Assembly (NCBI RefSeq): GCF_006345805.1
Contig: NC_043014.1
Location: forward strand, 6,076,001-6,140,000
DNA: 64,000 nucleotides
Source of the DNA: Octopus sinensis
Taxonomy: Eukaryota
Reading direction: 5' to 3'
A program made the translations under genes and the position numbers. The notes below the pieces were generated by a model that was not told the origin of the DNA, made no database searches, and saw nothing but the letters and a program-made list of their open reading frames with translations. Positions 13,205 to 27,136 of the stretch are shown here, one piece after another; within the stretch, counting starts at the first letter, position 1; each line of letters begins with the position of its first letter.

Positions 13205-13260
13205 GATGTGTTGTGAATTTATGGATTTAGGGACTTCTTTCCATGAATTCACAACACATC
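13205..13260 (+). other. 21-bp stem / 14-nt loop hairpin (pre-miRNA-shaped)
   Basis: GATGTGTTGTGAATTTATGGA pairs with TCCATGAATTCACAACACATC; the single non-WC pair is a U-G wobble on the plus strand. Confidence 0.6.
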
Positions 13261-13338
13261 ATATCTATGTATATATATATGTATATATGTATATATGTGT
13301 ATATGTGTATATGTATATGTATATAATTATATATATAT

Positions 13339-13372
<34 letters not shown>

Positions 13373-13624
13373 GATATATATAGGTATTTGAGGTATTTGA
13401 GAACAGTTTTATACTTAGACAAAAATGACTCTTAGAAACAGACAATAATGCCTTTTTAAAAAATGTGCGGATAAGCATAAAAGGATATATACATGCACAC
13501 CTATATATATATACACATGCATTTAGGTATATACTTATACACATAGAGACATGTATATATACATATATAGATACATATAGATATGTTATATATACCCATA
13601 CACACACATATATATATATACATC

Positions 13625-13673
<49 letters not shown>

Positions 13674-15131
13674 CCATATATATATACGCTCAAACACATA
13701 CATATGCATAACGGCATATCGATGGCATCAGATAAATATAAATATATATGTATATATATATATATATATAGTAAATTTAGAAACGGTGACGAGTGTAGAT
13801 TTGGCAAATAGCTTAAATATAATTATATGCTTTCACTGAATATTGACAAGAAAATGTAGTTCAATATTAGAACATAGAAACACCAAACAGAAACAAAATG
13901 GTCGCTAGTAGGCGTGTAAATGCACACACACACACACACACATATTATATAAAGAATGTGTATGTCTCTCTCTCTCTCTCTCTCTCCCTCTCTCTATATA
14001 TAGCGCTATTAGCGGTAAAGTATTTCTTGGAACTGTTATGCCGTATGATCAGTATCGGTGTTAAAGATGAACGTTGAGATAGATTATATTCTCGCGAGGT
14101 CAATGTGTTAACAGCTGAGCATTAGAATACTGCCCACTCATACATACAGACACACACACACACACACACACACTTACACACACACACAGACACTCATAGG
14201 CATGTGTACTCTGAAGAGGTAATCACATGGATTTTGCGTGGCTGAATGTAACAACGCCGCATCTGAAGTTACAATACACAAAGATGACAGAGGGAGAGAG
14301 ACAGAGACAGAGACAGACATAGAGAGGGGAGAGAGAGAGAGAGTGAGAGAAACTGATAGAAACCTAGTAATGAACTGGAACTTTATTTATCGACCCTTAA
14401 ATTATGAAATTGCAGAAAGATTTTGTTTGAATATGAAACTAGAAGAAAAATAACTGACTTTTTAATTAGGCACAAAGACAAGTTTGGCCAGTTTAAGATT
14501 AGGGGCTTAGGCAATGCCATCCACTCCAGTACGCGAAAGGTGTTTTTGTGTATCAAACCAGGTGGTGAGGAATGGGTGGAGGGAATGAAAGGTAGGGCTG
14601 ATCTCAGCGGGATTCTCAAAATCAGAATATACGCCGCAAGGTGTTTGTTCTGCCTGACCAAAACTCTTTGATGTGATGTAGGAAGATTAATTGGGACAAA
14701 CAATTCTCGTAGAAGTTCTATACCAGACACCTGCGCCGATGATTACAAAGGTATAAACACACACAGCGACACACATAGACAAATGCATATGCACACACAC
14801 AAACACACACACATTTTATACAACTTCACTCATGTACATGTGTGCATATGAGTATATTTGCATGAATATATATATGTATGCATGCACAAGCCCATATACC
14901 ATTTATATATACATATATATATAATATATATATATATATAATATATATATATATATTATATATATTTATATATATGTATATATATATATTATATTTATGC
15001 ATTTGGATATACATATGTATATGTATATATATATTTATATATGTATGTATATATGCATATATGCCTATATATATATAATGTATATGTATGTATACATGCA
15101 TGCGTATAAGCATATATGTGTTTGTATATGT

Positions 15132-15192
<61 letters not shown>

Positions 15193-15569
15193 GAAAAATA
15201 TTTATATATACATACCTAAATACATGTACACACACACACACACATATATGTATATATATATACATTCATACATATACGTATTCATAGGAAAGTCATATCC
15301 ATCATTATTAGCAAACAAATATAATTTTGCCGTGAAAATAGACTTTGTTAAAGGAATCGCAGGAGAATTGTCAGTCAAGAATCAGGATCAAAATTATTAG
15401 CTCCATCTTTGATTAAGACCTCGATTGGGAATAAGAAGCCCATTCTTCCAGCTGCCCACACAAAGAAGAATACAGGTCGACGCAAAAAATGTGGACAAGT
15501 AATAGCAATGACGTGATCTCTTTAGTTACGAGAATGACAGCCATTGTATAACATTTAATAATGCTTTTT

Positions 15570-16150
15570 ACTATAGATATATAGGATCTAAAATTATAGG
15601 GAAGAAAAAAAAGTCGATTTCAGCGACCAGAGAGTTTATCACTGATACTTAATTTGTTGACCACGAAAATATGAAAGGCAAAGTCAACCACGGTGGAATT
15701 TGATCACAGACCGTAGCGACGGACGAAATAGCGCCAAGTATTTCGTCCAGCCTACAAGCGACTCTTTTTCTTTTTCTATTCAAAACACAAGGCCCGAAAT
15801 TTTGGGGGACGGGCCAGTACGCAACCGGTACTTAATTTATCGACCCCGAAAGAATGAAAGTCAAAGTCAACCGCGATGGAGCTTGACCTCAGGCCGTAGC
15901 GACGGCCGAAATACCGCCAAGCATTTCGTCAAGCCTACTAGTAACACTTTTTTTCTACTCAAGGCCCAAAATTTTTGGGAAGGAGCCAGTTGATCAGAAC
16001 GACCCCAGTACGCAGCCGGTACTTAATTTATCGACCCCGAAAGAATGAAAGGCAAAGTCAACCTCTATGGAATTTGACCTCAGACCGTAACGACGGGCGA
16101 AATACCGCCAACCATTTTGTCGAGCCTACTAACGACTCTGCCAGTTCACT
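15570..16150 (-). mobile_element. Three tandem degenerate SINEs, family A (ATT-tail variant)
   Basis: Three repeats of CGACCCCGAAAGAATGAAAGGCAAAGTCAACC...GAAATACCGCCAAG. Confidence 0.8.
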
Positions 16151-16339
16151 GCCCTCAGATATTACTTCTGATAATACTAAAACAGGATACGTCGTTTTAT
16201 GTCCTGAATACGTAATACTCGCTATGTACGAAAACATTTAGTAAAAGCGGGTAAAGCACAATTGAAATTTAGGATTTTAATTGAAATGAATTATTTAATG
16301 AAGTACAGTTTATATTTCTATAAGCATCATTATTTACAA

Positions 16340-16570
16340 CAAAAAATAAACGAGACGTTGGATTCAAATGTTGGCACACGACCAGCAATGTCGAAGGAAC
16401 GGCTAAGTCGATTACATCGACCCCAGTGCTCAAATGGTACTTAATTTACCGACCCTGAACGGATGAATGGTAAAGGTCAACCGCGACAGCAATTCATCTC
16501 AGACCGTAATGTCGGGAAAATTTCCGCTTATTCTTTTGTCTGGTTCTGTAACAATTCTGATAGCTTGCAA
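16340..16570 (-). mobile_element. Degenerate SINE family A
   Basis: GTCGATTACATCGACCCCAGTGCTCAAATGGTACTTAATTT motif. Confidence 0.7.
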
Positions 16571-16856
16571 GCTTAACACAAAGGTTTGACGATCTGATGA
16601 TTTCAGTGTATATTATGTTTTGCTTTATTTCAGTTTAACCTTTGATTGATGGGGCTGCTGGAGAGATCCTAATGTTCACTTTGTTCATTCATGACACTCT
16701 GTTCAATGATGAATGAATTTTATAATTCATCAATGAAAATAAACATTCGAGTATTTTCTGAAATGATTGAATGGCGAGAAAATGATGTCGAAGATGTCCG
16801 TAAGTTGTCTGGGTTACTTGATTATTGGATGAAAGATCGTGATAACAAGTAATAAA

Positions 16857-16873
16857 CAGACAGACAGACAGAC

Positions 16874-16919
<46 letters not shown>

Positions 16920-16929
16920 GCAGACAGAC

Positions 16930-16966
<37 letters not shown>

Positions 16967-16967
16967 T

Positions 16968-17060
<93 letters not shown>

Positions 17061-17157
17061 TATAGATAGATAGATATAGATAGATATAGATAGATAGATA
17101 GATAGATATAGATAGATAGATAGGTAGATAGATAGATAGATATAGATAGATAGATAG

Positions 17158-17190
<33 letters not shown>

Positions 17191-17235
17191 TAGATAGATA
17201 GGTAGATAGATAGATAGATATAGATAGATAGATAG

Positions 17236-17290
<55 letters not shown>

Positions 17291-17320
17291 TAGACAAACA
17301 GATAGATAGATAGATAGATA
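16857..17320. repeat. (GATA)n microsatellite, about 460 bp
   Basis: Directly visible. Confidence 0.97.
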
Positions 17321-17425
17321 TGTTTCTTTATTGGCCACAGCGTGTTGGGTTCTGCCTACCAGGAAACACTTGACCCACTGTGTAGTAATTTCCAGAGACA
17401 CCAATATTGTATATATATGTATATT

Positions 17426-17470
<45 letters not shown>

Positions 17471-17474
17471 GTAC

Positions 17475-17522
<48 letters not shown>

Positions 17523-17669
17523 CTATTATATGTATATATGTATATATATATGTATATATATATAATGTATATATTATGTAATATATATATATATATATAT
17601 AGATATATATATATGTATATATATATATATAGGTATATATATATATGCATATATATATATATATATACG

Positions 17670-17703
<34 letters not shown>

Positions 17704-18527
17704 ATATATTATTATATATATATATATATATATGTAGGTATGTATGTATTTGTACAATAACAGCAAAATCGTGTTTGTTATAAGGCGTGTTACGAAATAG
17801 AATGTTGAAACAAATCCGTCAATTGGAATCGAACTCTCTACCTCTCTTGCATAAGACATCCATCTAACCCCTGTTTCTCAACCATTTGACATTTTAAAAA
17901 AAACATCTATTTTCATATATAAATATTTTAGGAATTTTCTAAAACATTGCTAAAATATTTTATATAATGTTGATATATAACCACTTTATTGGACATAGGT
18001 TGTAACAAAAACAAAAATTTTTTAAATGCTTCATGGAACCCCCAAGAGCTATGTGGAGACCAGTTGAGAACTATTGATCTAATCGATTACATCACATTCA
18101 TTATTCAGTCGTGTGAATACAGTAGTAACGTTGATAGACATTATGTTGTACAACATAGATTCATGTGTAATATTTTGTTTATAATCCTACATCAAATATG
18201 GGAGACGCTGTAATTAAATGTAGATTGTTGACGCATAAAGATTATCGAGTTCTCTACATGACAGATGTGTAATAATGGTTCTTCGTGTCGAAATATTAAT
18301 AAAAACCGACATAGGATTTCTTCATAGACAGAAGCACGCACGACAGGTTTCGGACGCATACGACATGCAGATCTACTAATAACACATAATACCCCCCCCC
18401 ACACACACACACGAAAATATGTATATGCGCGTGTGTGTGTGAGAGAGCGCGCGTGTGTGTATGATGATGATGTACATATATATGTGTATGGGTGTCTCTG
18501 TATCAGTTTTTCTCTCTTCCTTCCTCT

Positions 18528-18605
<78 letters not shown>

Positions 18606-18881
18606 ATATATATATATGTATATATATATATGTATTATATGGATATATATATATACGTATATATACATATACATACGTATATACACACACAGATATATGC
18701 ATACATATGAAAACAGCATAAATATATATATATATATATGTATGTATATATATGTATATATATGTATGTATATATATATGTATTATATGGATATATATAT
18801 ACGTATATATACATATACATATGTATATACACACAGATATATGCATATATATGAAAACAGCACATATATATATATACATAT

Positions 18882-18928
<47 letters not shown>

Positions 18929-19741
18929 ATGTGTATATACACACTCACACAGGACCCAATAGCTTACGCATGTACAAATGTGTGCGTATGGTCGTCCACA
19001 TCTCTGTGCGTATGTATGTTTGTGCACAAACATATGACACATGTTTGTGTGCTTATACACACACAACGCATACACACACACACACATATTTACAACGACA
19101 TGTATATATCATATACATGTGTATGTATATATGTATGTATGTATCTATGTATCTATGTATGTACGCATGTGTACATAGAAGCACATATATTTTCTGCCCA
19201 ATTTGACTCGTAATACACGCTGCCATTAATCAATAGAAATTACTTGTTATGTTATCCTACACGTTTCAATTCAGCGTCCATTACATTCAGTCGATATGTC
19301 CCAAATCACCTGTCACATATCTAATCATATATGTCAGTGACAAAATAAGAAGCACCAGTCCATTGGTAACATTGAATAAAATAACTAACTCACTCATGTC
19401 GTTCTATTGGTTTCGTTATTGTCGTGCTATATAAATACATGCATCGTTGTTAATGCAAACCTCATAACGTGATTGCTAATCTCATCTAAAAACCACGAGT
19501 TATTGATAGCAGATAGATCCCCTTATCTATTGTGTTTCACTGAATCGAATGTATACGAAATACGAGGAGATGGATATTTGTATATTTGCCTTACCATCTC
19601 CTTCTCGTTCTCCACTGATTTCTCCTCCGTGTTCTTATGTATTCTCTCCTCCTGCTCCTCCCTTTTCTCCGCCTCCTCTCATCTAAATAGGATGGTATTT
19701 CGTGTTGTTTGAATGGTGTACGATACATTTGTAACTATACA

Positions 19742-20345
19742 AGGCGGTGAGCTGGCAGAATCGTTAGCACGCCGGGCGAAATGCTTAGCCGTATTTCGTT
19801 TGCCGTTACTTTCTGGGTTCAAATTCCTCCGAGGTCGACTTTGCCTTTCATCCTTTCGGGGTCGATTATATAAGTACCAGTTACGCACTGGGGTCGATAT
19901 AATCGACTTAACCCGTCTGCCTGTCTGTCCTTGTTTGTCTCTTCTGTGCTTAGCCCATTGTGGGTAGTAAAGAAATAGGTATTTCGTCTGTCGCTACGTT
20001 CTGAGTTCAAATTCCGCCGAGGTCGACTTTGCCTTTCATCCTTTCGGGGTTGATTAAATAAGTACCAGTTACGCACTGGGGTCGATATAATCGACTTAAT
20101 CCGTTTGTCTGTCCTTGTTTGTCCATTCTGTGTTTAGCCCCTTGTGGCTAGTAAAGAAATAGGTATTTCGTCTGCCGTTACGTTCTGAGTTCAAATTCCG
20201 CTGAGTTCGACTTTGCCTTTCATCCTTTCGGGGTCGATTAAGTAAGCACTAGTTACGCACTGGGGTCGATATAATCGACGTAACCCCTTTGTCAGTCCTT
20301 GTTTGTCCCCCTCTATGTTTAGCCCCTTGTGGGTAATAAAAAAAT
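19742..20345 (+). mobile_element. SINE family A trimer (one full copy plus two headless monomers)
   Basis: Head GGCGGTGAGCTGGCAGAA, B box GGTTCAAATTCC; units joined by AAAGAAATAG|GTATTTCG. Confidence 0.92.
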
Positions 20346-21327
20346 AAGATATATTTATAACTATACGTTCTATATACTTGTTTCCAGTTTGTGTCATTCT
20401 CCGTTGGAGTCCAAATGACGTCAAATTTGCCTTACATCCATGAGTTAATACGGGTTGAGCGATGGTGCCGATGTTATTAACATGTCCGTCTCCGAAACTT
20501 TTCAAGTTATGTGCTTATTGTAGAAACAATGGTTTTGAGTTGGTCGATAAAATAAAGCTTCAGAGAAATACTGAAGGGAAAGCACGTAGCCAACTGTGTT
20601 GCACTCGCGATCGCGAAATCGCAGGTTCGATACCCCACGAGGTGGTGCGTTGTGTTGCTCCAGTCCACTCACCTGTAAATGACCAACCTGCAACAGGCAG
20701 GAATCCCATTCAGGGAGAATGTTCTTAATACTTATATGTCACTTATATCTCATAGAAAGAAGGTTAAAGACCCTGAGATCTTAGGACTTAGAAATAGTAA
20801 TGTCCAGGGGACATTATCTTTACATTTCCATCAATGGGATGTTACAGAATCGTTAGAGCGATGGACGAAACATCTATATATTACTTATAGATTTTTAATA
20901 CATGCTTCCGTGCAGTAATACCTATTTCTTAACGATCCTGCTGGGTATTTGCTACATCAGTGATTGATCAATCACTGTCATTCTATTGTTCGCAGTGAGA
21001 TTTGGCTCGTATTCGGCAAGCGGACGCCTGCTACTGAGGAATCGTATGTACGCTGAAATCACGTGATGTGGCAGTTTCGACGCACATGCCAGACGGTTCT
21101 CTTCTGCTATGCGTATTTTGTCTGTGCTCCTAGCAATGTACATCTGTATGAGAGTATCTTTCAAGGCGAATACTGCGGTATGCAGCGTTCAGATAAGGCA
21201 TTCAAGTTTCACGAGATAACGATTGCCACTCACTATTAATACTCGTTCCGTCGCTAATACACATAGACTTCACACACACACACACACACACACCATACAC
21301 ACACATACGCATACACTTATACGTCTT

Positions 21328-21367
<40 letters not shown>

Positions 21368-21988
21368 CATGTGTATATATATATATATGTGTGTGTGTGT
21401 GTATGTATTTATACGTTTTGCAACACAATAGATACGAACATGCTTACACACATACATACACACATTCAAAAGGAAAGTTGATAATGGCTGCGAATCGAGA
21501 TATGCAATTGATTGAGAACTCCTGTCGTATCAATTCTCCACTTGAATAATGAGTGAAACGAAAAGAAACAGTGATAGACAGAAAGAAACCGAAATAGAGA
21601 AACAGAGGTAAACCGATAGATAGACAGAATGAAACACAGAGAGAAGGAGTAAGCGAAAGTCGCTTGTAAGAATGAAAATGCAATGGCGGCTAATCTCGCG
21701 TTTTTCCAACAATGAGCGCTGTATGTCGCTTCACATTGCTCTACTGTTTCATATTATTGTGTATCATATTATGCGTAAGCCGTCGTAATTATATCCCTCG
21801 GAAAACGATGCGTTTCGTACTTAATGTTATCGCTGTCCTGCAATCTTTGTGTTGTGGTTACCAATTAACTACTGAGCAGGCAGCTGATAATCTCACAAAG
21901 CCGAAAGTTATCTGAAACAGTTCTTTATTAAACAAATTCTAGGGTGAGTTCCAATCTTTCTTTTCACAGGCCTTGCAATGCTATTGAA

Positions 21989-22105
21989 TGGCCGTTTATA
22001 CAAGAATAGCACCCTATAGGGAAATCACATTGGCCGACATCATGGTATTACCTGAGATTAGCAGATTATAGGACACCATAAATAATATCATTAGTACCTA
22101 AAACT

Positions 22106-22149
<44 letters not shown>

Positions 22150-22154
22150 AATCA

Positions 22155-22207
<53 letters not shown>

Positions 22208-22369
22208 ATCATCATTCATCATCATCATCTAAGGTGTTGGACAAAATGCTGAGTAGCATTTCTTCCGGCATTTCGATTATAGTTCAAATTCCATTGGCCT
22301 CGACTTTGCCTTTCATCCATTCGAGTTCGATAAAATTACTACCATTTGAGTAATGGAGTCCATGTAATA
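21989..22369 (+). repeat. Local direct duplication, copy 1 (about 370-380 bp)
   Basis: Nearly identical to 23679-24048; includes unique sequence, microsatellite and SINE A 5' part. Confidence 0.95.
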
Positions 22370-22489
22370 GACTAGCTTCCGTCCCCCAAATTTTAAGCCT
22401 GCTGCCTATAGTAGAAAGGACCATTATTATTATTATTATTATTATTATTATCATTATTATCATTATTATTATTATCATTATTATTATTC

Positions 22490-22790
22490 AGTAGTTTTAT
22501 TTTTATAGCGTGCTTTCACTTCACTACCGAGCGCAGCTCTGTGTGCCTTGGGTATGTGCTGTGATTTGTTGTGATGCTCTGATGGTTATTGTATGGAAAG
22601 TGTTCTCTGCAGGATGTGTGCAGTGCCTAGTAGTGCAATTTTCTGTATGTTATATGTGTTTGTAAGTCCTGGTGTTTTTGTTATGTATTTGTCTGAATGT
22701 TTTTTTATCATGCCTAATGCACCTACTATGATAGGAATTGTTTCTGTTTTCAGATTCCACATTCTAGTTACCTCTATTTCCAGGTCTTTA
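22490..22790 (-). mobile_element. RLE-type (R4/Dong-like) LINE 3' end with (TAA)n tail
   Basis: Minus strand DLEIEVTRMWNLKTETIPIIVGALGMIKKHSDKYITKTPGLTNIYNIQKIALLGTAHILQRTLSIQ*, short 3' UTR, then (AAT)n. Confidence 0.88.
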
Positions 22791-22807
22791 TATTATTATT
22801 ATTATTA

Positions 22808-22848
<41 letters not shown>

Positions 22849-22996
22849 GAGTGAGAGAGCAGTGCATGCCATCAAAATAAAATATACGATGCCCAGTATA
22901 CCCATCGTGACTACCCGTCTGATAAGGGTACACTAGACACATGCATCACAACCATGTGTGCGCGACATGGCGATTTTACATCAAGATAAACAGCGA
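22849..22996 (-). mobile_element. Family F 3' fragment
   Basis: Matches 5008-5170. Confidence 0.85.
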
Positions 22997-23049
22997 ATGA
23001 TGATGATGAGGATGATGGTAATAGACAGAAAGGGAAATAGACAGAAAGT

Positions 23050-23390
23050 ATCTTTCTGAGAATATGAACAATTCCAGGAATGATAGATATTTGGCACGGA
23101 GCTGCTGTACATCTGTGAGCGAGTCCAACCGATCCAGGTTGTAATATGCCATTGTGGCAGATTGAACCTAATGCTTCAAAGTTAACTCTTAATAGCTAAT
23201 AATACTTTTTTCCAGATCTTTCGCTATTTCCTTGGTAGTAATGTTTCTCTGTGAATGAAATGCAATGTCTATTAGGAGGTATTCTGTTTCCGTATGTCAT
23301 ATCAAATGATATCTTGCTTACGATGTGCATTTGTTTTTTATCTGTCTGGATGTCAAAATCATGTAGGAAAATTTTTTTGGTTTCGCAGCA
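23050..23390 (-). mobile_element. Degenerate RLE-type LINE C-terminal ORF fragment
   Basis: Minus strand, frameshifted: HDFDIQTDKK / EYLLIDIAF...NITTKEIAK / EALGSI / GIVHILRKILSV. Confidence 0.75.
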
Positions 23391-23678
23391 TCAATTACTG
23401 TCAGCTTCAGAACAACACAGTAGCACTTAGCTAAAGTGTTTGATCCATATTTTTTATTTGTCTCTACTAAGTGACCGACGTAAATTGTGACAAGTCTTCA
23501 TGATGCCGTCGCTTATAATTATTTTCTGAGCTAACATTTAGCAGAATGCTAAAAATTCGGTCATTATTAATTTATTAATTTTATTCTGCGGCAGTTTCAT
23601 GCGAGGATCTGCTGCACTGCACCACCTTGTGTGCCTCCACCTTATTCTATCGACTCAGAAACGAGATAAAGGAGTGTT

Positions 23679-23795
23679 TGGCCGTTTATACAAGAATAGC
23701 ACCCTATAGGGAAATCACATTGGCCGACATCATGGTATTACCTGAGATTAGCAGATTATGGGACACCATAAATAATATCATTAGTACCTAAAACT

Positions 23796-23888
<93 letters not shown>

Positions 23889-24048
23889 ATCATCATTTCA
23901 TCATCATCTAAGGTGTTGGACAAAATGCTGAGTAGCATTTCTTCCGGCATTTCGATTATAGTTCAAATTCCATTGGCCTCGACTTTGCCTTTCATCCATT
24001 CGAGTTCGATAAAATGACTACCATTTGAGTAATGGAGTCCATGTAATA
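23679..24048 (+). repeat. Local direct duplication, copy 2
   Basis: Differs from copy 1 at about 3 positions plus microsatellite length. Confidence 0.95.
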
Positions 24049-24259
24049 TCGCGCGGCAGATTTTCCCGCTACCCTAATATTTCTGAGGATTTTAGAAGGA
24101 AGGGATATCAGTTACATCGTCGACTCAAGTACTTCCCTGAAAGGAAGAAAGGTAATATCACCCACAGTAGTAATTGAACTGAGGACGAAATGAACCGGTA
24201 GGAATATCACACAGCATTTTTTCCGGCGCATTTTATAACTCTACCGACTCCTCACCTTA

Positions 24260-24790
24260 CAGTGTCCAAACAACAGTGTCAAATTTTGGCATAGGGTCAG
24301 TGCTCAACTGGTACTTATTTGATCGACCCTGAAAGGATGAAAGGCAAAGTCGACCTTGGCGGTATTTGAATCTAAAATGTAACGACGGGTAAAATGTTGA
24401 AAAAGGGGCTAGTCGACTACATCGACTTCAGTTTGCAATAGATACTTCTTTTAAAGATCCCAAAAGTATAAAAGGCAAAATTGACATCGGCGAAATTTAT
24501 ATCCAGAACAAAAGACCGGATAAAATGTTTATAAACATTTTGTCCAGGTTGCTAACGATTCTGCTAACTCGCCACCTTATGAAGTCCAATAATCGTTTCT
24601 ACTATAGGCGCAAGGCCTGAAATTTTAGGGGAGGGGTAAGTCGGTCACATCGACTTCAGTGCTCAAATGGTATTTATCTGATCGACCCCGAAAGGATGAA
24701 AAGCATAGTCGATCGCAGCAGAATTTGAACTCATAATTCAGCGACAGACGAAATACCACTAAGCATTTTTCACGGTGTGCTAACGATTCA
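24260..24790 (-). mobile_element. Cluster of degenerate SINE family A copies
   Basis: Repeated GATCGACCC.GAAAGGATGAAA.GCA.AGTCGA motifs. Confidence 0.75.
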
Positions 24791-25444
24791 GCCAGCTTGC
24801 AATCTAAATACAGAATCTAAATAATGAAAGCAAGCAATATTCTAGATAACAAAAAACGATAGACAAACTAACAACTATTTCGGTATGAGTGAACTAGCGA
24901 AAGAATAACATTACCTAATGAAGGTAGAGCTATAAAGCAATATATTTGACGCATTAAATTAATACTTGGTTCCAAACTAAATGGCAAAAATAAAATAAGT
25001 GTCAATATACGCAACAGATTCTATAACAAATATACTCAGCTGACAGTTAGGAGAATTAGCTCGGCTAGACAGAAAACGAAAGAGAATAATTATAATGCAT
25101 TTAGTTTACATTAGACAATAGCCGAGAGCAGAATATATTTACTGCTTTTATGTGAAGTGTTTTTCAACTAAAAACTCTTTATGTCTAATGCTGGACAGCA
25201 GAAATATGCACTAAAAGACTTAAAATAAAATAAATCAATATCGTTAAAAGGACATGAAAAACTATAATACTAACAATTATGTCATCGTGGACGCCAAAGA
25301 AATATTTAGATGTTTAGACATTTAGATATTTCTGAAGAGAATGGATTGAAACAACAACAGAAATCGGAAAGTGTTATTTAAAAGCTACATTACACTCGCA
25401 CATGCGCAGGTACGTACGCGCACACATACACAAACACGTACGCA

Positions 25445-25983
25445 GCCGTTCAAGAATTTGGACCTGGAGATCTTCATTTCCAGCGACTTCGAGCGCCACC
25501 TCCCAGTGGTGTCGGGCGTCAACGAAGAGCCCTCGACTACAAGACAACCAAAGTTTTTTTTTCCAAGGTCTGGGGTCTCCCGCCTCCAAGCCCTAGGGCC
25601 GCCTCCCAGTGGTGTCGGGCGTCAAAGAAGAGCCCTCGACTACAACAAGATGACCAACGTTTTTCTTTCTAAGGTCTGGGGTCTCCCGCCTCTAAGCCCT
25701 AGGGTCACCTCCCAGTGGTGTCGGGCGTCAACGAAGAGCCCTCGACTACAACAAGACGACCAAAGTTTTTTTACCAATGTCTGGGGTCTCCCGCCTCTAA
25801 GCCCTAGGGTCACCTCCCGGTGGTGTCGGGCGTCAACGAAGAGCCCTCGACTACAACAAGACGACCAACGTTTTTTTTTTTTGTTTTCCAAGGTCTGGGG
25901 TCTCCCGCCCCTAAGCCCTAGACCATCACCTAATCACCCTTACCCGTCTTTTTGCTTAACAACAACAACAACAACAACGACAG
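25445..25983 (+). mobile_element. 5'-truncated non-LTR retroelement with four ~105-bp GC-rich tandem repeats and (AAC)n tail
   Basis: 10-bp TSD CACGTACGCA at 25435-25444 and 25984-25993; repeat units start at about 25499, 25602, 25708, 25813. Confidence 0.75.
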
Positions 25984-26117
25984 CACGTACGCATACAAAC
26001 GCAACCGAAGAAAAATGACAATAACAGCTGAACAGGTAAATAGATTCTTTCTAGATGTAGTTAAGGAAGAAACTCATCTTCCTCCGAGTTATGATCACTG
26101 AAGTATATATGAGCATG

Positions 26118-26187
<70 letters not shown>

Positions 26188-26219
26188 CAGGGAGATATGT
26201 AGCTATATGCATGAGAATA

Positions 26220-26325
26220 CATACATAAAACAAACCATACAAATATGCATACATACATACATACATACATACATACATACACACACACATACATACATAC
26301 ATACATACACACATACATACGTACA

Positions 26326-26359
<34 letters not shown>

Positions 26360-27130
26360 CATACATACATACATACCATACATACTACACATACATACAT
26401 ACTACATACATAATACATACCTACATACATATACATACATACATATACTACATAATACATACATACATACATACATACACACATACATACATACATACAT
26501 ACACATACATACATACATACATACATACATACACACATACATACATACATACATACATACATACATACCTACATACATACATACATACATACATACATAC
26601 ATACATACATACATACACACATACGTACATACACACATACACACATACATACATACATACATACACACATACATACATACATACATACATACATACATAC
26701 ATACGTGCATGCACACATGCATACATACATACATACATACACACATACATACATACATACATATTACATACGTACATACATATATACATACATACATACA
26801 TACAAACATACATACATACACACATACATACATACATACATACATATATACATACATACATACATACATACATACATACATACATACATACATACATACA
26901 CACACACACATACATACATACATACATACATACACACACACATACATACATACATACATACATGCATGCATACATACATATTACATACGTACATACATAC
27001 ATACATACATACATATATACATACATACACACACATACACACACATACATACATGCATGCATACATACATACATACATACATATATACATATATACATAC
27101 ATACCTACATACATACATACATACATAAGT
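26220..27130. repeat. (TACA)n microsatellite, about 900 bp
   Basis: Directly visible; source of many HTYI/MYVC ORFs. Confidence 0.97.
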
Positions 27131-27136
27131 ACATAT

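Noticed and set aside
25499-25925. CRISPR-like array
   Set aside because: The units are wholly repeated with no unique spacers, and the context is eukaryotic.
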